Shown in pieces: positions 51,801 through 63,045 of a stretch of 64,000 bases of DNA. Under the pieces are notes generated by a model. That model was not told where the DNA came from, did no database searches, and saw nothing but the letters and a program-made list of their open reading frames with translations. Both the position numbers and the translations under genes were made by a program. The stretch spans positions 16,006,657-16,070,656 of the forward strand of contig JARFYF010000060.1 of NCBI GenBank assembly GCA_030265395.1. The letters are read 5' to 3'. This DNA is from Rhina ancylostomus. Its lineage: Eukaryota. The number at the start of each line of letters is the position of its first letter. The first letter of the stretch is position 1.

Positions 51801-54800
51801 CCTGTGCTTCAATATTTACTTTAAATAATACCAAGACCAGAAATATTCATTGCATTCCAAATGTGGTCTAACCCATGTTTTAACACAAGTGCAAGCACTT
51901 AAGTTCTTCTTAGTTTTATCCTTCTAGAAATGAACCCCTGTGGTTTTAATGGCCATAACATTTTGTTACCTGTATCCCTAGATCCGTCTATTCCTCTATT
52001 CCACTTACAATTTTATCCCCGTGCAATAATTAACCCTATTTTTCTTATAAAATTGTACACTCTCATTCTCATCTATACAAAAGCTAATGAAAAATAAGTA
52101 GTCCTGAAACCAATCCTTGCAAAATATTACTTCCCACCATTTGCCTTTCTTTCGTGACCACGTTTAGCCCCTGTTCTTTGCCTTCTATGGCCATCTCACT
52201 TTTTATTCTGCTACTTATCCAATGTCTCCATACACTTGTCATAGTTCTACTCACCAAAGAACTTTTGAAATCCGAATTATATTGATCTGGAACTTCTGAC
52301 CTGCACCAGTGCTAATGCTGGAATTTCCATTACTTCCATGCTTGTTTCCAACACCTCAGACATATGTGCTCTCTTTCACCCTGCTACCTGGGATACCGCC
52401 TGTCCCTCTGCTGCACAGATGGACTCCTTGTGGAATGCAAACGGACAGCATGAACTCTACAAGCTTCCTTGTATTTCCTCACAACGCAGGAGGCCATTCA
52501 TCCTGTTGAGTCTATGCTGGCCCTCAGAGGAATCTCATTCTCCTACTTATTCTCTTCTATGTGCCCATTAACACATTTCTGATTCTTCTACTCCCACCTA
52601 TAGTAGGGATAAATTATTGCAGCTACTAACTAGCACTCTGGGGATGGGGAAGGATGTGGAGTACTTTAGAAAAAACATATGTGGTCACAGAGTGAACAAG
52701 TAAACTCCACACAGACAGCACCAGAAGTCAGAATTGAACACGGCTTGCTGGAGCTGTGCAATACTTGCAGAGCTGCTGTGCCGTCCATGTGCTCTTCAGG
52801 CTGGGATGTTTGTCCATTGAGTTTTCAGCCAGCCAGCTACTATTTGTATTATCTATGATACAATATAAATGCTTATCCGGGAGGATAGGGATTACTCACA
52901 GTATCTGTTCTGAATCACTGTTTATTTATAGTCGGGATTACTCAGTGTTTCCATAATATATTTTTATTCAATTAGAGTTACTCAGTGTTTTTAACTGTCA
53001 TTTACTGTGTGTGTGTGTTTTTAATGTATTAAAGTAAAAATATTAGGAAATATATTTGGAATATTTGAAAATATTTTTATAATCCAAAATGCCTAATATT
53101 ACAGGATGTCTTTGATGAAGCATTCAGTAGGCCAGGTGATAGTGATGATGAACCTCTGCTTCACCTGACCACTCTGAAGTGCTGGGAGCCAGGCTGCCCA
53201 TGGAAGACTGTGCCAGGACTCGGCTGAATCAAACAGTGTAGTACAGGGCATGCAGCCAGTGATTTTTGGAGCAATGGAAAATCTGCCTGATTATGTCTAT
53301 TTCATTTGCTGTTCAATTTCTGATTTGAAAATTTCTGCAAAGCTGATCAAACGTGGCATTGCCTGTAGTATGTTCTGTTACATTCTTGAGTAGATTTCCA
53401 TTGTGTTTATTACCACCAATGTTAAGAAACTTAGTATAAAGTTACCTGGCTTTTACTAGCTCTAGCATGATAACAGAGTTGATAATAGAGGATATGACCT
53501 TTCTGTTTCTCTTTCAGAAAGCTGTGCCTGGGATGAGTTTCTGTGTGATGGGGGCCGGTGTCTTTTCACCAGTTTTAACTGCAATAATTTTTATGATTGT
53601 TTGGACAAGAGCGATGAGGTGAATTGTGCTCACCATCACGGTAACTAGCTTTCTCCTGCATCTACTCTGATATAAAGCTCCACAGAGGGCATGGCAGATA
53701 TCCAAATTTTGGTGTCAGAAATATCAATTTCCAGGCCACTAAAATACTTTGATCCTTGTGCAAAACAAAATTGGTTGGTTCCAGCTTGCTTAGATCAATG
53801 TTGACCACAGAATGTATTGTGAATGATGCAAAACGGATATTTTTTTAAGGGGTTAGGGGTTCCTCATTGTATCTGTACTGATTCACTGGTTGAGGGGTAT
53901 GAGCTGTTTCCTAGTAGTCTATGTTCATTAAGAGTTAATGATAACATTGTAACTGTATGGAGTCACTGTTACTTCAATGTAAGAATTACTGAGAGTGGAC
54001 ATTACAGATTATACTATTGTAATGTCACTGTTCCTAGTATAACTGTTGGGAGTCACTGCATCTTCAAAATAAAGGCCACTCATTTTAATTGTCCAGTTAT
54101 TGTTTACTCAGGGTTACAAGTACTTACTGTGTTACTGTACAAAATAATTGTTAATTAAGGGTAAGGGCTACTCAGTGCATAATTCTCCAGAGTCAATGTA
54201 TATTCAGGGTATGAGCATTCATTATGTAGTTGTATTTTATTAGTCCAAGGGGTGAGGATTATCTATTGTGTACAAAGTAATTTTTTATTCAGACTGTGCA
54301 GAGCCTACAGAGCATGGTCAGGTCCCACTTTACCAAGGAAGAGGAAGGGATACTTTCCACCAATGTTCCCCATGTAGGGCCACACCCATTGAGACACTAA
54401 TTCTCCCTACATCCCATGTCCAGCAGATTCTGTTCCTATTGAATGGACAAGGAGAGGCTGAAGATGCACATTCCCTTTGTGTATTTTTAAGGATGTATTT
54501 CACATTGGGAACTGTCAATTTCAATGAGGATAATAAGGTAGGGAATGGGAATGCCAGACAGGGAAGAGAATTTCCATTGTCATGTGAGACTGATCCAGGG
54601 CAAACTAAGTAAAAATCTACCAGTGGAATAAAATAGGACAAAAATCGAAAGTCTGAAAACAGCAACTTCTTTAATTTCATAGTCAGATCCTCCCCATGTT
54701 TCTGGGAACTGTTTGTAACCCAAACAGTTTGCAAGTTGGAAATGCGGTTGCGCACCGAGTTCTCACCCAGCAGAAGATGCCTGCAGCCCCACAGCAGCCG

Positions 54801-57800
54801 ACACATCCATCCCGCTGGTCTCTCCAATGCTCGTTCGTAGGTAAAGGCTGCACGTAAGTCAGGCGTTTGTAAACTGGGGAGGACCTGTTTCTATAATTAT
54901 CATTCATTTTGTATAAAAAATAGAATTTCTCAGTATATAAATCCCTGATAAGAGATTCTGAGGTTATGTAACTAATAACTTATCTCCGGTATCCCATTGC
55001 TTTGTTTAGATTGTGGAGGGGTTCTGACTGCTCTGGAAGGATATCTGGCCACTCCCAAACACCCTGAGCAGTATCCACACAGGCAGGTATGTAACCATGG
55101 CATAAGTTAGATCACATCCACTTTACTGATCCTTCAGCTGAAAATATCACAGCATGGCTTGACAACCCCCTTTCCTTTTAAGCAGTCCCTTGGGATCGAG
55201 GATGACTTGCTTCCACTCCGGATTCTGAGGTGTCTATTGAGGCCCATGTGAGAACTGTAGACTCTTCCACCAGGACAGGAGCTGTCAGGCAGGAGGGTAG
55301 TTTGTGAACTAGTGTGCTCCCTTCACCACTCACACAAGCTCTGTGTGTTCTTGGTGCCTTGAGCTTATCAACACCATCCAAATGGTGCAATGAGATCTCT
55401 GAGTCCTTATCCAGCCATTGCTGAAAGTGCTTTGCTGCACATTAAGGGATTGTGATCTCACTGTTGTAATGACCAGATAAATAATTTTGTGCTTTTTTTT
55501 GAGGGATAAATATTTATCAGTATTACAGGAAAAACTCTTCTACTCTTCCTGAAGTAATGTTGCAGATAGGCATTCAGTTTACATCCAATCTGAAAATAGC
55601 CCTCTGACATTGGAGCAATCCCTTAGTATTCCACAGGGAGCGTCAGCCAGATTTAAATGTTTACTTTAGGAGTGGGACTTGAAAATATAATATTTTAATA
55701 TTGAGGAAAGAGCATTACCTATTCAGCCCTATTAGCTATATGGGACTCTGACTGTAGTCAAGTTGTTTGATTGTCAGTGCACCAAAGGTGAGTCTCCTTT
55801 CCAAGTCTCATGGCCAATTGTAGACCCTAAGAATAACCAGGAATCATAAACTGATCCTGGGGTATTGTGGCCTGTACTACAAGTTGCCTTTAACAACTAA
55901 GCATCAGTGGAACAGATAAGAGGTGTTAGACAGAAGCAAATTCTTTATAGCAAACTACAACAATTTATAATACAGAGTATGCTACTAAAACAATCTCCAG
56001 ATGTTCATGTGTGTTTGATTAATGCATACTGTTTGGTCTAGTATGTGTGTGGTTGGATAGTGCTTCTCTTACCAGTCAATTCTGGTATATGACTAAATGG
56101 AAAGATAAAAATAAGATTTTTTACTCCATACCCAAATGTCTCACCTCTTCTTTTCATTTACCATCGATCTGTTATCTAAGTCCATCCCCTTCTCTTTTGA
56201 AGACATTGAATATTTGGGAGGAAAGTTTGCTAGCAGAATCAAACAGCCACTGGGCCTGGATGTGAGTGTGGACAGGCTATTTAACTATGATAGGCCTGGC
56301 AATTCAACCCTCATTTCATCCTGCTAGAGGTGCTAGAGACTAATATAGAGAAGAAATGGACTGCTTCTTCCTTATCATATCAAAGATATCGAGCTCAGTT
56401 ATATTGGTGGAAATAAAATTAGCTATCTCAACTCAAAGATTGAACCTGGATGGCACTTCAGCACTGCATTGTGGCAATGACTGTCTTGGTTTAGAGGTTA
56501 AATCTATTCTTCGCTCGGATGAACATAAAAGATCCATCTAGTTCCATTTGAAGAAGAACTAAGGTTGTGGGGTGAGAGGTGGTGAGTGGAAGGTGCTTCA
56601 GTTGGTAATCTGCCAATATCAACATCTAGATTAAAATCATTAATTGACCTCATTGGTATTTGCAAGATCTTGTTGTCCACAAATGGGCTGCCAAATTTCC
56701 TCCTCCACAACGGTGAACAGAACTTCAGAAGTACACCATTGGCTGTGAAATGCTTTAGGATATCCTGAAGTTGGTAGAAGTGCTATATAAATACAAGGGC
56801 CTATGATCTCCTCATTGCCTCCAGAGGTGCATTAAAACATTGTGGTGCAGCATGCCAACAATGGTTTTGACTGGGAGCTCGCCACTTGGAAATTCAGTAG
56901 CCCATGAGACCCAAGACATCAGGAACAACTGAATTGGTCTTGTACAAGGCTTTGCAAAAGTAACTAAATAAGTAGAGAGTTTCAGCTAGATCCAGAATGT
57001 CACAGACAAGAGAGGTCTGGGGCTGTGGCAGAGGGTCACATATAGACCAGACAGTTAAGAATGCAGATGTCCTTTCCTGAAGGACAATAGTGAAATAGAT
57101 GATCTTATAATAATCCAGTGGTTTCATGATGTACTGCTGCCCAGACTAACTTTCATTCAATTCCAGATTTATTTAATTATGTGAACATGAATTCCCCAGG
57201 AGCTGTGTGAGATCCGAACCATAACCCCTACTCCAATCATTGGAGTATTGTTTTTGCTTGATATCCCAGAGTACCTTGATGCCCTGCTAAGTCAAGTGCT
57301 TCCTTGATTTCAAAGGCATTTGCTCTCCCTTCACTTTTTGAATTCCATTCTTTGGATCATTTTTGAACCAAGTTTGGAAAGAGGTCTGGAGCTGAGGGAT
57401 CTTGATAAAATCCCAACTGGTCATTGAGGAGCAATTTCTTAGTGAATAAATGTCATTTGAAATCACTGGTGTCTCCCCTCACTTCGCTGATCAAATTTCC
57501 TGCACATTTTAAGAACAGTATATACCTAAGCAATTTTCCTCAATCTCATGTAGATTCTAGTTGTAATTATACTGGACTAGCTTGGAAAAAGAGGGATAGG
57601 TGTTTCTGGCCAGAGATGGATGAAGCATTTGCGGCCTTCTCTTTGACATTAACGGGCTTGGTCCCACCGTCTTTGAGGATGAGAATGTTCTTGGAGCTGC
57701 CTACTCTTGTTGGCTGTTAGATTGTCCACCACTATTCACTGCAAGACATGGTGGAACTGCAGAGCTTAGGTCTGTATTTGCTGTTTAAGATGCATGTAGT

Positions 57801-60800
57801 TCTGTGCTACTGCTTTACCTAATTTTTAGTGCATCTGCTCCCATGATGTCCTTCTGCTTTCCTCACTGAAGCAGAGCTGATCCCTTGGCTCAGTTTTCAT
57901 GATAGACTGAGAAGTTTGCCACGTCACGTGGATGCAGATTGTGGTGAGATGTATTTGTGCTGTTGCTGCTAGTCTGCTGCATCTCATGGATGCCCTGTCT
58001 GAGCCTATGCCATTTGCCATGGTGGCAGTGCCATGTAACATGAAATAGGAGTGGCCTTCAAGTATCTCCACAAGGACAGTGCAATGATCACTCCTACCAG
58101 ATCCCCCATAAACAGATGCATCTGCCACACGAAGATTGGTGAGAACAAGCTCAAGTGTGTTTAACTGAGTCCAGATGAAGGGTCCAGAATGTCAAAACCC
58201 GAAATATCGACCATTCATTTCCCTCCACAGATGCTGCCTGACCTGCTGAGTTCCTCCAGTATTTTGTTTGTTTCTCCAGATTCCAGTGTCTGCAGTCTCT
58301 TGTTCTCTGTTTATCCCTTGTGTTCATTCACTACTGACAGCAGATGCTGTCTGGCAACAGTTCTTCAGGACTCGGCCACTGTGTCAGTGGTGGTGCCACT
58401 GGGCCACTCTTGGTAATGGATAGTGATGTCCCCCACCCAGAGTATATTCTGTGTCCGTGCTATTTTTAGTGCTATGTTCAACATAGAAGTACAGTGATTA
58501 ATCAGCTGAAGAAAGACATTTGGGTAGCAATCGGGAGGAAGTTTCCTTGCCTGTGTTTGACCTTGATACTGTGAAACTTCACATGGCTTGGAGGGAATGT
58601 TGAAACACCCAGGGCTGCTTCTTCCTTCCTGTATACCACTCTGAGGGGGTTGCCTTGCTGGTGGGACCAAGGGACTGTGATGGAGGAGTTTGGTACATTG
58701 CCTGTAAGGTGCAATTCTGTAAGTATGACTACCATGTGGGACAACTCTCCCAGACTGGAGACCAGTGACCAGATGTTCATGAGGAATGTTTTGCAATTTT
58801 GCCATCTGCAAATTCATTGCCGTGGTTGATGCTAAGTGATCACTTGGTTTTGCACTTATTCTGCTTTAGTATGATGGTTACGATACAACCAATGGCATCC
58901 GAGGCCAGTTCAAAGGGCAGTTAAGAGTCAATCATACTTCTACAACTAATTCCTCCCCTGACAGGCATGATGGATTTTTTACAACAGTCCAGTAGTTCAG
59001 TGATCACCATCATGGAGACAGTAATTATAAAAAGTCTGTGGTGAGATTTGAACTCGCGTCTCTACATTACTAGTCCTCAAATTTAACCACTGTGCCACCA
59101 ATGTACATGACGATATGCAGTCTAACTTCAAGAAAAAGATATTTTCCCACAGTACCTTAGCAACTCATATAATGAAATGTCTAAGTGTCCAGCACATCCT
59201 TTTCTAAGTGTAAGTGATGACTGGAATTGCCTTAAAGTACCATTCATCATTAATTAATGGTTTAATCCCAAAGGCTATCAAATTTGTTAATTGTATTCTA
59301 TCATTGTGTAGATGTGTGTGTGGCACATCTCAGTTCCTCAGGGTCATGTGATCCAGTTGTTGTTTCACAACTTCAGCCTGGAGGCTGCTGCAGACTGTCG
59401 ATATGACTTTGTGGAGGTGCATGACCAAGCCAGCAGTAGTCCCAGCACACTGATGGGCAGGTAATATGTTCAAATTACCTACAAGGTGGAATTAAGAGGT
59501 GTAATTCAGTATAATAGTGACCTATCACCACTGGAGCAGAGAGCTATCTTCAACATGGGAATGTCAATGTGAAAAGCACCTTGCACCTTTTGGGTTCCAG
59601 TTATAAATCGACCACTGATAATCCATTCCCCATCTGAACATGGAGAATTTCTATCTACAGACGAGCTGACCCACAGTCTCAATTCCCCATCTGAACATGG
59701 AGAATTTCTATCTACAGACGAGCTGACCCACAGACTCAATTCCCCATCTGAACATGGAGAATTTCTATCTACAGACGAGCTGACCCACAGTCTCAAATGG
59801 GGAAGGAGGAGGGTTAGAATTGTATTCTGTTTCAGTCCTCCCTGAGCAGTATCCTATAACCAAAAGGAGGGGGAAAGATGGTCAGAAGGATGTCAAATAT
59901 GGGTAGTCCCAGAGCCTCCTAATATCCGCTTACTCTGAGTGGTGGTGGAGATGAGGGGGAGGTACAGAACAGTGGTTGGTGGTGGTGGAGAGGAACATAA
60001 TTTATTTCAGAATTTTCAGTTACATAAGACTACACAGGCAAAGAAATGGAGAAAAATGGCCCCAAGTTTAACCGATCCTTTTCTTTTAAAGATACTGTGG
60101 GGACTCCCTCCCTCCGACTCTGACGTCCCCCCAACATGAGATGTTGGTTCTTTTTGTGGCTGATGAGGGAGAATCAGATGTGGGGTTCTTTGCGACCTAT
60201 CAGGCTGTCAACAAGAGTAAGGGTAAGAAATGCTGTTGCCCCTTCATCTGTTCTTGCATTCAAAGAAGCTTTGTGCAAATATATTAATCAATTCTACTTA
60301 ATATTTTTGATATATTTTGCTTTCCTCCTTGGCTCTGCAATGTGCTTGAGAAAGAAAACAAGTCTGAGTTTCTCTCAGGACTGTTGGTGTTCTGCACCAC
60401 TGATGATGTGTAATGATAAATGTTTGCTGTCACCCTCAGAGGTGATCTTTAATACCTTGCAGAAGCAGATGTGGGCCCCACAGCCCTTGAAGCCTGGCTG
60501 AATTTCTACAAAGCCACGTTCCTGCCTGATCCCGTGTCCCTTGGAGTTCAAAAATACAGTAATCTGAGCCCAGAATATACTCAACAATTGAGCATTCACC
60601 ACTCAGGTAGTGAATTCCAAAGACTGGCAACCCTCTCCTGTTGTGATTATTAACATCCATTCGATAGATGAAGTTGTGAGCTATGTGTACCGGTCAAGGT
60701 CAGTGAAGCCTTTTGTGAGGAACTATTAGCTTAACTTGCCATTTCTTCAGGTGAAGACATAGATTAAAATTTCCAAATGCAATTTGAACACTGCCATGTT

Positions 60801-63045
60801 GTATCATTATTTCATGCTATGTTGTTTCAGTGTTAAGTTTTGGACTTCCCTTTGGTTTTCCACAAATTCCCCTTCTCTATCTATCCATCACCTTTTTATA
60901 AAGGAAAGAAAGTCAAAGCGGGAAAATAGAAATGGAGAAAGAAAAAGAGATTTTATTTTAAGCTTTTTTTCGTACATTTCACCATTTCAAGATGCTCTAG
61001 AATTCTTCAGTCGTAAAGTACATTTGAAGTGTGGGTATTTATAACATAGGTCTGTTCTCAGAAATGGAGGGAGTGGGCTAGACTTCATCAGGATGCTTCC
61101 ACCAGGATGGCTTGTGACATTAAAACCATTGTATGACATGACAGTGGCTTCAAAGTTCAAGAAGCTGGAGGAACAGAAATACAAAATGTATAGTTCGAGT
61201 CCCTTTTCCTTTGAATCAATCCCTTGCATTTGTGTTGGTGATTTGTTATTACTTGGGTTGACTCAGAATCCAATATTCTTATTGACTCAAATGTTAGGAT
61301 ATTTGGAGCAAATTAAGTTACATGTACTTGGCCTGGAGGCTCTCAGGAAGTCAGACTGCATTAAACCACTTACCCTGACCATTCTTCCTTGTTACTCTTT
61401 CTCAGTGGCATGCAGTCCTCATGAATTCAGCTGCATAAATGGGCAGTGTGAAGCGATGCAGTGGGTATGTGATGGCTGGAGTGACTGCTCAGACGGGAGT
61501 GATGAGATGAACTGCACTAATGTCACACATCTCCCTTATGGTATGTGCATGTGAGGATTTTAAATTGAGCCAGGACACACAACTGCCCAACAAACTGAGT
61601 AATTTCTGGATAAGAAAATACTGAGATCCATATAGTTCATATTTATATTCCTGGTAGCAGTTTAATGTAATGATGGAATAGTCAACTATCGTAGAAATCA
61701 ATCTCAATTTGCATACAACAAGGGAGGCACTATCTCACAGCTCCAGCCAATAGGTTTGATCCTGATGTCCAGTGTTTTCTGTATGAAATTTGCTTGTTTT
61801 CCCATGTGGGTTTCTCCTGGGCGACCTAGTTTCTTCCCACATCCTCAAGGGAGGTTCACTGATTACTGTAAATTATCCCAGGTAGAGGAGGAAGGAGATA
61901 ACGGGCATGTGAGACAACATAGGTTACAAGGGAATAAGTAGGGAATGGGATTGATGGGGTGTCATGAGGAAGCAGGAAATTTGAAACCTGTAGTTCCAAA
62001 GTCACCAGTTCTTCATAAAATACTACATTTACCACATTGCTATGAGGCAAATTACTCATGTAGCTCATATCACTCATTATTCATCCCAAAGTATAATTTC
62101 CTGAACAAAGCTTGTATGAGTTGGACTTGAATTAATCAATACTAACTGCTTCCACATTTGTTCTATAGGGTGACTGTGCTCTCATTGAAATACTATTTCT
62201 GCAACTTCATTTTAAATGTCCCTTCGAGTGCAGGTTGTGGTCTCTGCTTTATTTATAAATGTATTTTATAAGCTAAATGTCTGGAGAAATGTTTGTAAAC
62301 TTGTGTTCAATGGAGACGCAGGTGACTACAGATACTGGAATCTGGAGGTATAAGTGCCTCCAGGACACAGAGATAAGTGGAAATGTTGGTCACCAGAGGT
62401 TAACCTTGCATTTACATTTTTTTTAAAATAGTTTCATCAGGCTCTCATGATTCTTACAGGACTTGGATAAAGATTCTTTTTTTTAAGTTCTCTATTTTTT
62501 GAACTATATGGTGAACCTTATCACTTGTGTCTTTGTACCTAGAAGTTTGGACATATTTTTCCCTCCCTTGTCTCAAATTCTCTTTGCCATTGGATCCTAC
62601 TGGTCCACAGTTCCAAGATGAAATTTATCTGAATGGTTCAGCATCATCTCAAGAATTCTCTCGTACCCATGCCAGCTGGCTGCTCTTCTTGTCTCTATCA
62701 GTCTGCATAAGGTTATCCATAATGGTGACGCTTTGGAGCTGCAGTATCCACTAATACCCCAGTAACAGGAATATGTATACCACAGTCAACCTGGCATCTT
62801 CTCATCAATGGCAATACTCAGCAGTATATATGCCCAGGAGCAAGGTGGTCTCAGAAATTTATGCAGCTGTTTCATAACATCAAAACGTGCCATGATTATT
62901 TTGCTCCTCTTTTCCAGAAGCTGCCTGTGAGAAGATTGAGGTGGAGATGTGTCAAGGACTCAGTTATAATGAAACTTCATTCCCTAATATCTGGCTTGGA
63001 ATTCCAGATCAGAGAAGTGCTATTTCTACCCTGAAGGACTACAAG
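30829..63045 (+). CDS. MFRP: Membrane frizzled-related protein, coding exons 1-12 (3' partial; last exon outside window)
   Basis: join(30829-30891,31596-31698,33418-33546,34645-34827,35978-36206,37457-37587,53518-53640,55010-55086,59312-59460,60092-60222,61406-61540,62918-63045) = 1581 nt, 527 open codons. Order: cytoplasmic N-terminus, TM, Ser/Thr stalk, CUB, LDLa, CUB, LDLa, Fz-CRD; adjacent to USP2 as in mammals. Confidence 0.94.
31596..31698 (+). CDS. MFRP: MFRP coding exon 2
   Basis: [12 protein letters not shown]...NES, matches mammalian TEFCNPAFEP as recalled. Confidence 0.88.
33418..33546 (+). CDS. MFRP: MFRP coding exon 3 (transmembrane segment)
   Basis: ...[26 protein letters not shown], phase 1-1. 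Confidence 0.88.
34645..34827 (+). CDS. MFRP: MFRP coding exon 4 (Ser/Thr-rich stalk)
   Basis: Strong pyrimidine tract, [12 protein letters not shown]...SMSSP, donor GTGAGT, phase 1-1. Confidence 0.82.
35978..36206 (+). CDS. MFRP: MFRP coding exon 5 (CUB1 N-part)
   Basis: [31 protein letters not shown]...CHFDRLDL. Confidence 0.96.
37457..37587 (+). CDS. MFRP: MFRP coding exon 6 (CUB1 C-part)
   Basis: [36 protein letters not shown]. Confidence 0.96.
38613..38763. repeat. Perfect 53-bp inverted repeat with 45-bp spacer
   Basis: 38613-38665 is the exact reverse complement of 38711-38763. Confidence 0.95.
39085..39900 (+). mobile_element. CR1 LINE 3' fragment (nested)
   Basis: ttggttaggccacagctggagtactgtg (LVRPQLEYC), gtatacaaaattatgaggggcataga, 3' tail tttctgtgctgtatgattc. 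Confidence 0.85.
44700..45320 (-). mobile_element. Rex1/Babar-like LINE fragment
   Basis: gttgtgatgcaaccagtcaggatgctc and tail aatcagaatcagattgattatcac; related 3' fragment at 46615-47080. Confidence 0.65.
46615..47080 (-). mobile_element. Rex1/Babar-like LINE 3' end
   Basis: Minus ORF ...[38 protein letters not shown]. Confidence 0.75.
50080..50870 (+). mobile_element. RTE-clade LINE 3' fragment
   Basis: [30 protein letters not shown] and terminal C2H2-like [21 protein letters not shown]. Confidence 0.8.
53518..53640 (+). CDS. MFRP: MFRP coding exon 7 (LDLa1)
   Basis: [36 protein letters not shown], six Cys and SDE. Confidence 0.94.
55010..55086 (+). CDS. MFRP: MFRP coding exon 8 (CUB2 start)
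   Basis: [25 protein letters not shown]. Confidence 0.94.
57260..59100 (-). mobile_element. Degraded LINE (APE endonuclease region) with tRNA-like 5' segment; Penelope-type repeat inserted at 58160-58310
   Basis: Minus ORF ...[19 protein letters not shown] resembles the APE GDFN motif; related fragments at 26250-27260 and 43200-43480; SINE-like head also at 19800-20060 and 57000-57240. Confidence 0.55.
59312..59460 (+). CDS. MFRP: MFRP coding exon 9 (CUB2 middle)
   Basis: [38 protein letters not shown]. Confidence 0.96.
59625..59795 (+). repeat. Minisatellite, 3 x 57 bp
   Basis: Unit attccccatctgaacatggagaatttctatctacagacgagctgacccacagtctca at 59625, 59682, 59739; one mismatch in copy 2. 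Confidence 0.97.
60092..60222 (+). CDS. MFRP: MFRP coding exon 10 (CUB2 end)
   Basis: [40 protein letters not shown]; AAG acceptor. Confidence 0.94.
61406..61540 (+). CDS. MFRP: MFRP coding exon 11 (LDLa2)
   Basis: [35 protein letters not shown]. Confidence 0.96.
62918..63045 (+). CDS. MFRP: MFRP coding exon 12 (Frizzled CRD N-part)
   Basis: [25 protein letters not shown]...LKDYK. Confidence 0.96.

Noticed and set aside
52870-54290. Degenerate ggattactcagtg-type periodic sequence on both sides of MFRP exon 7
   Set aside because: Too decayed to define a unit by eye; most likely an old satellite remnant
54963-54972. Perfect D-box GTTATGTAAC, with TTACATAA also near 29736, 32765 and 60020
   Set aside because: A few such AT-rich 8-mers are expected by chance, and none is near the USP2 promoter where clock control would be expected
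59506-59796. Minus-strand ORF with a 19-aa repeat, and a superficially CRISPR-like array
   Set aside because: Translation of the 57-bp minisatellite; no unique spacers, no cas genes, eukaryotic intron
60463-60606. Open, frame-preserving 144-nt cassette-exon candidate between MFRP exons 10 and 11
   Set aside because: Weak donor (GTAGTG), no domain-like content, and the sequence resembles a reversed, decayed CR1 3' end (gaattccaaagac...caaccctct)
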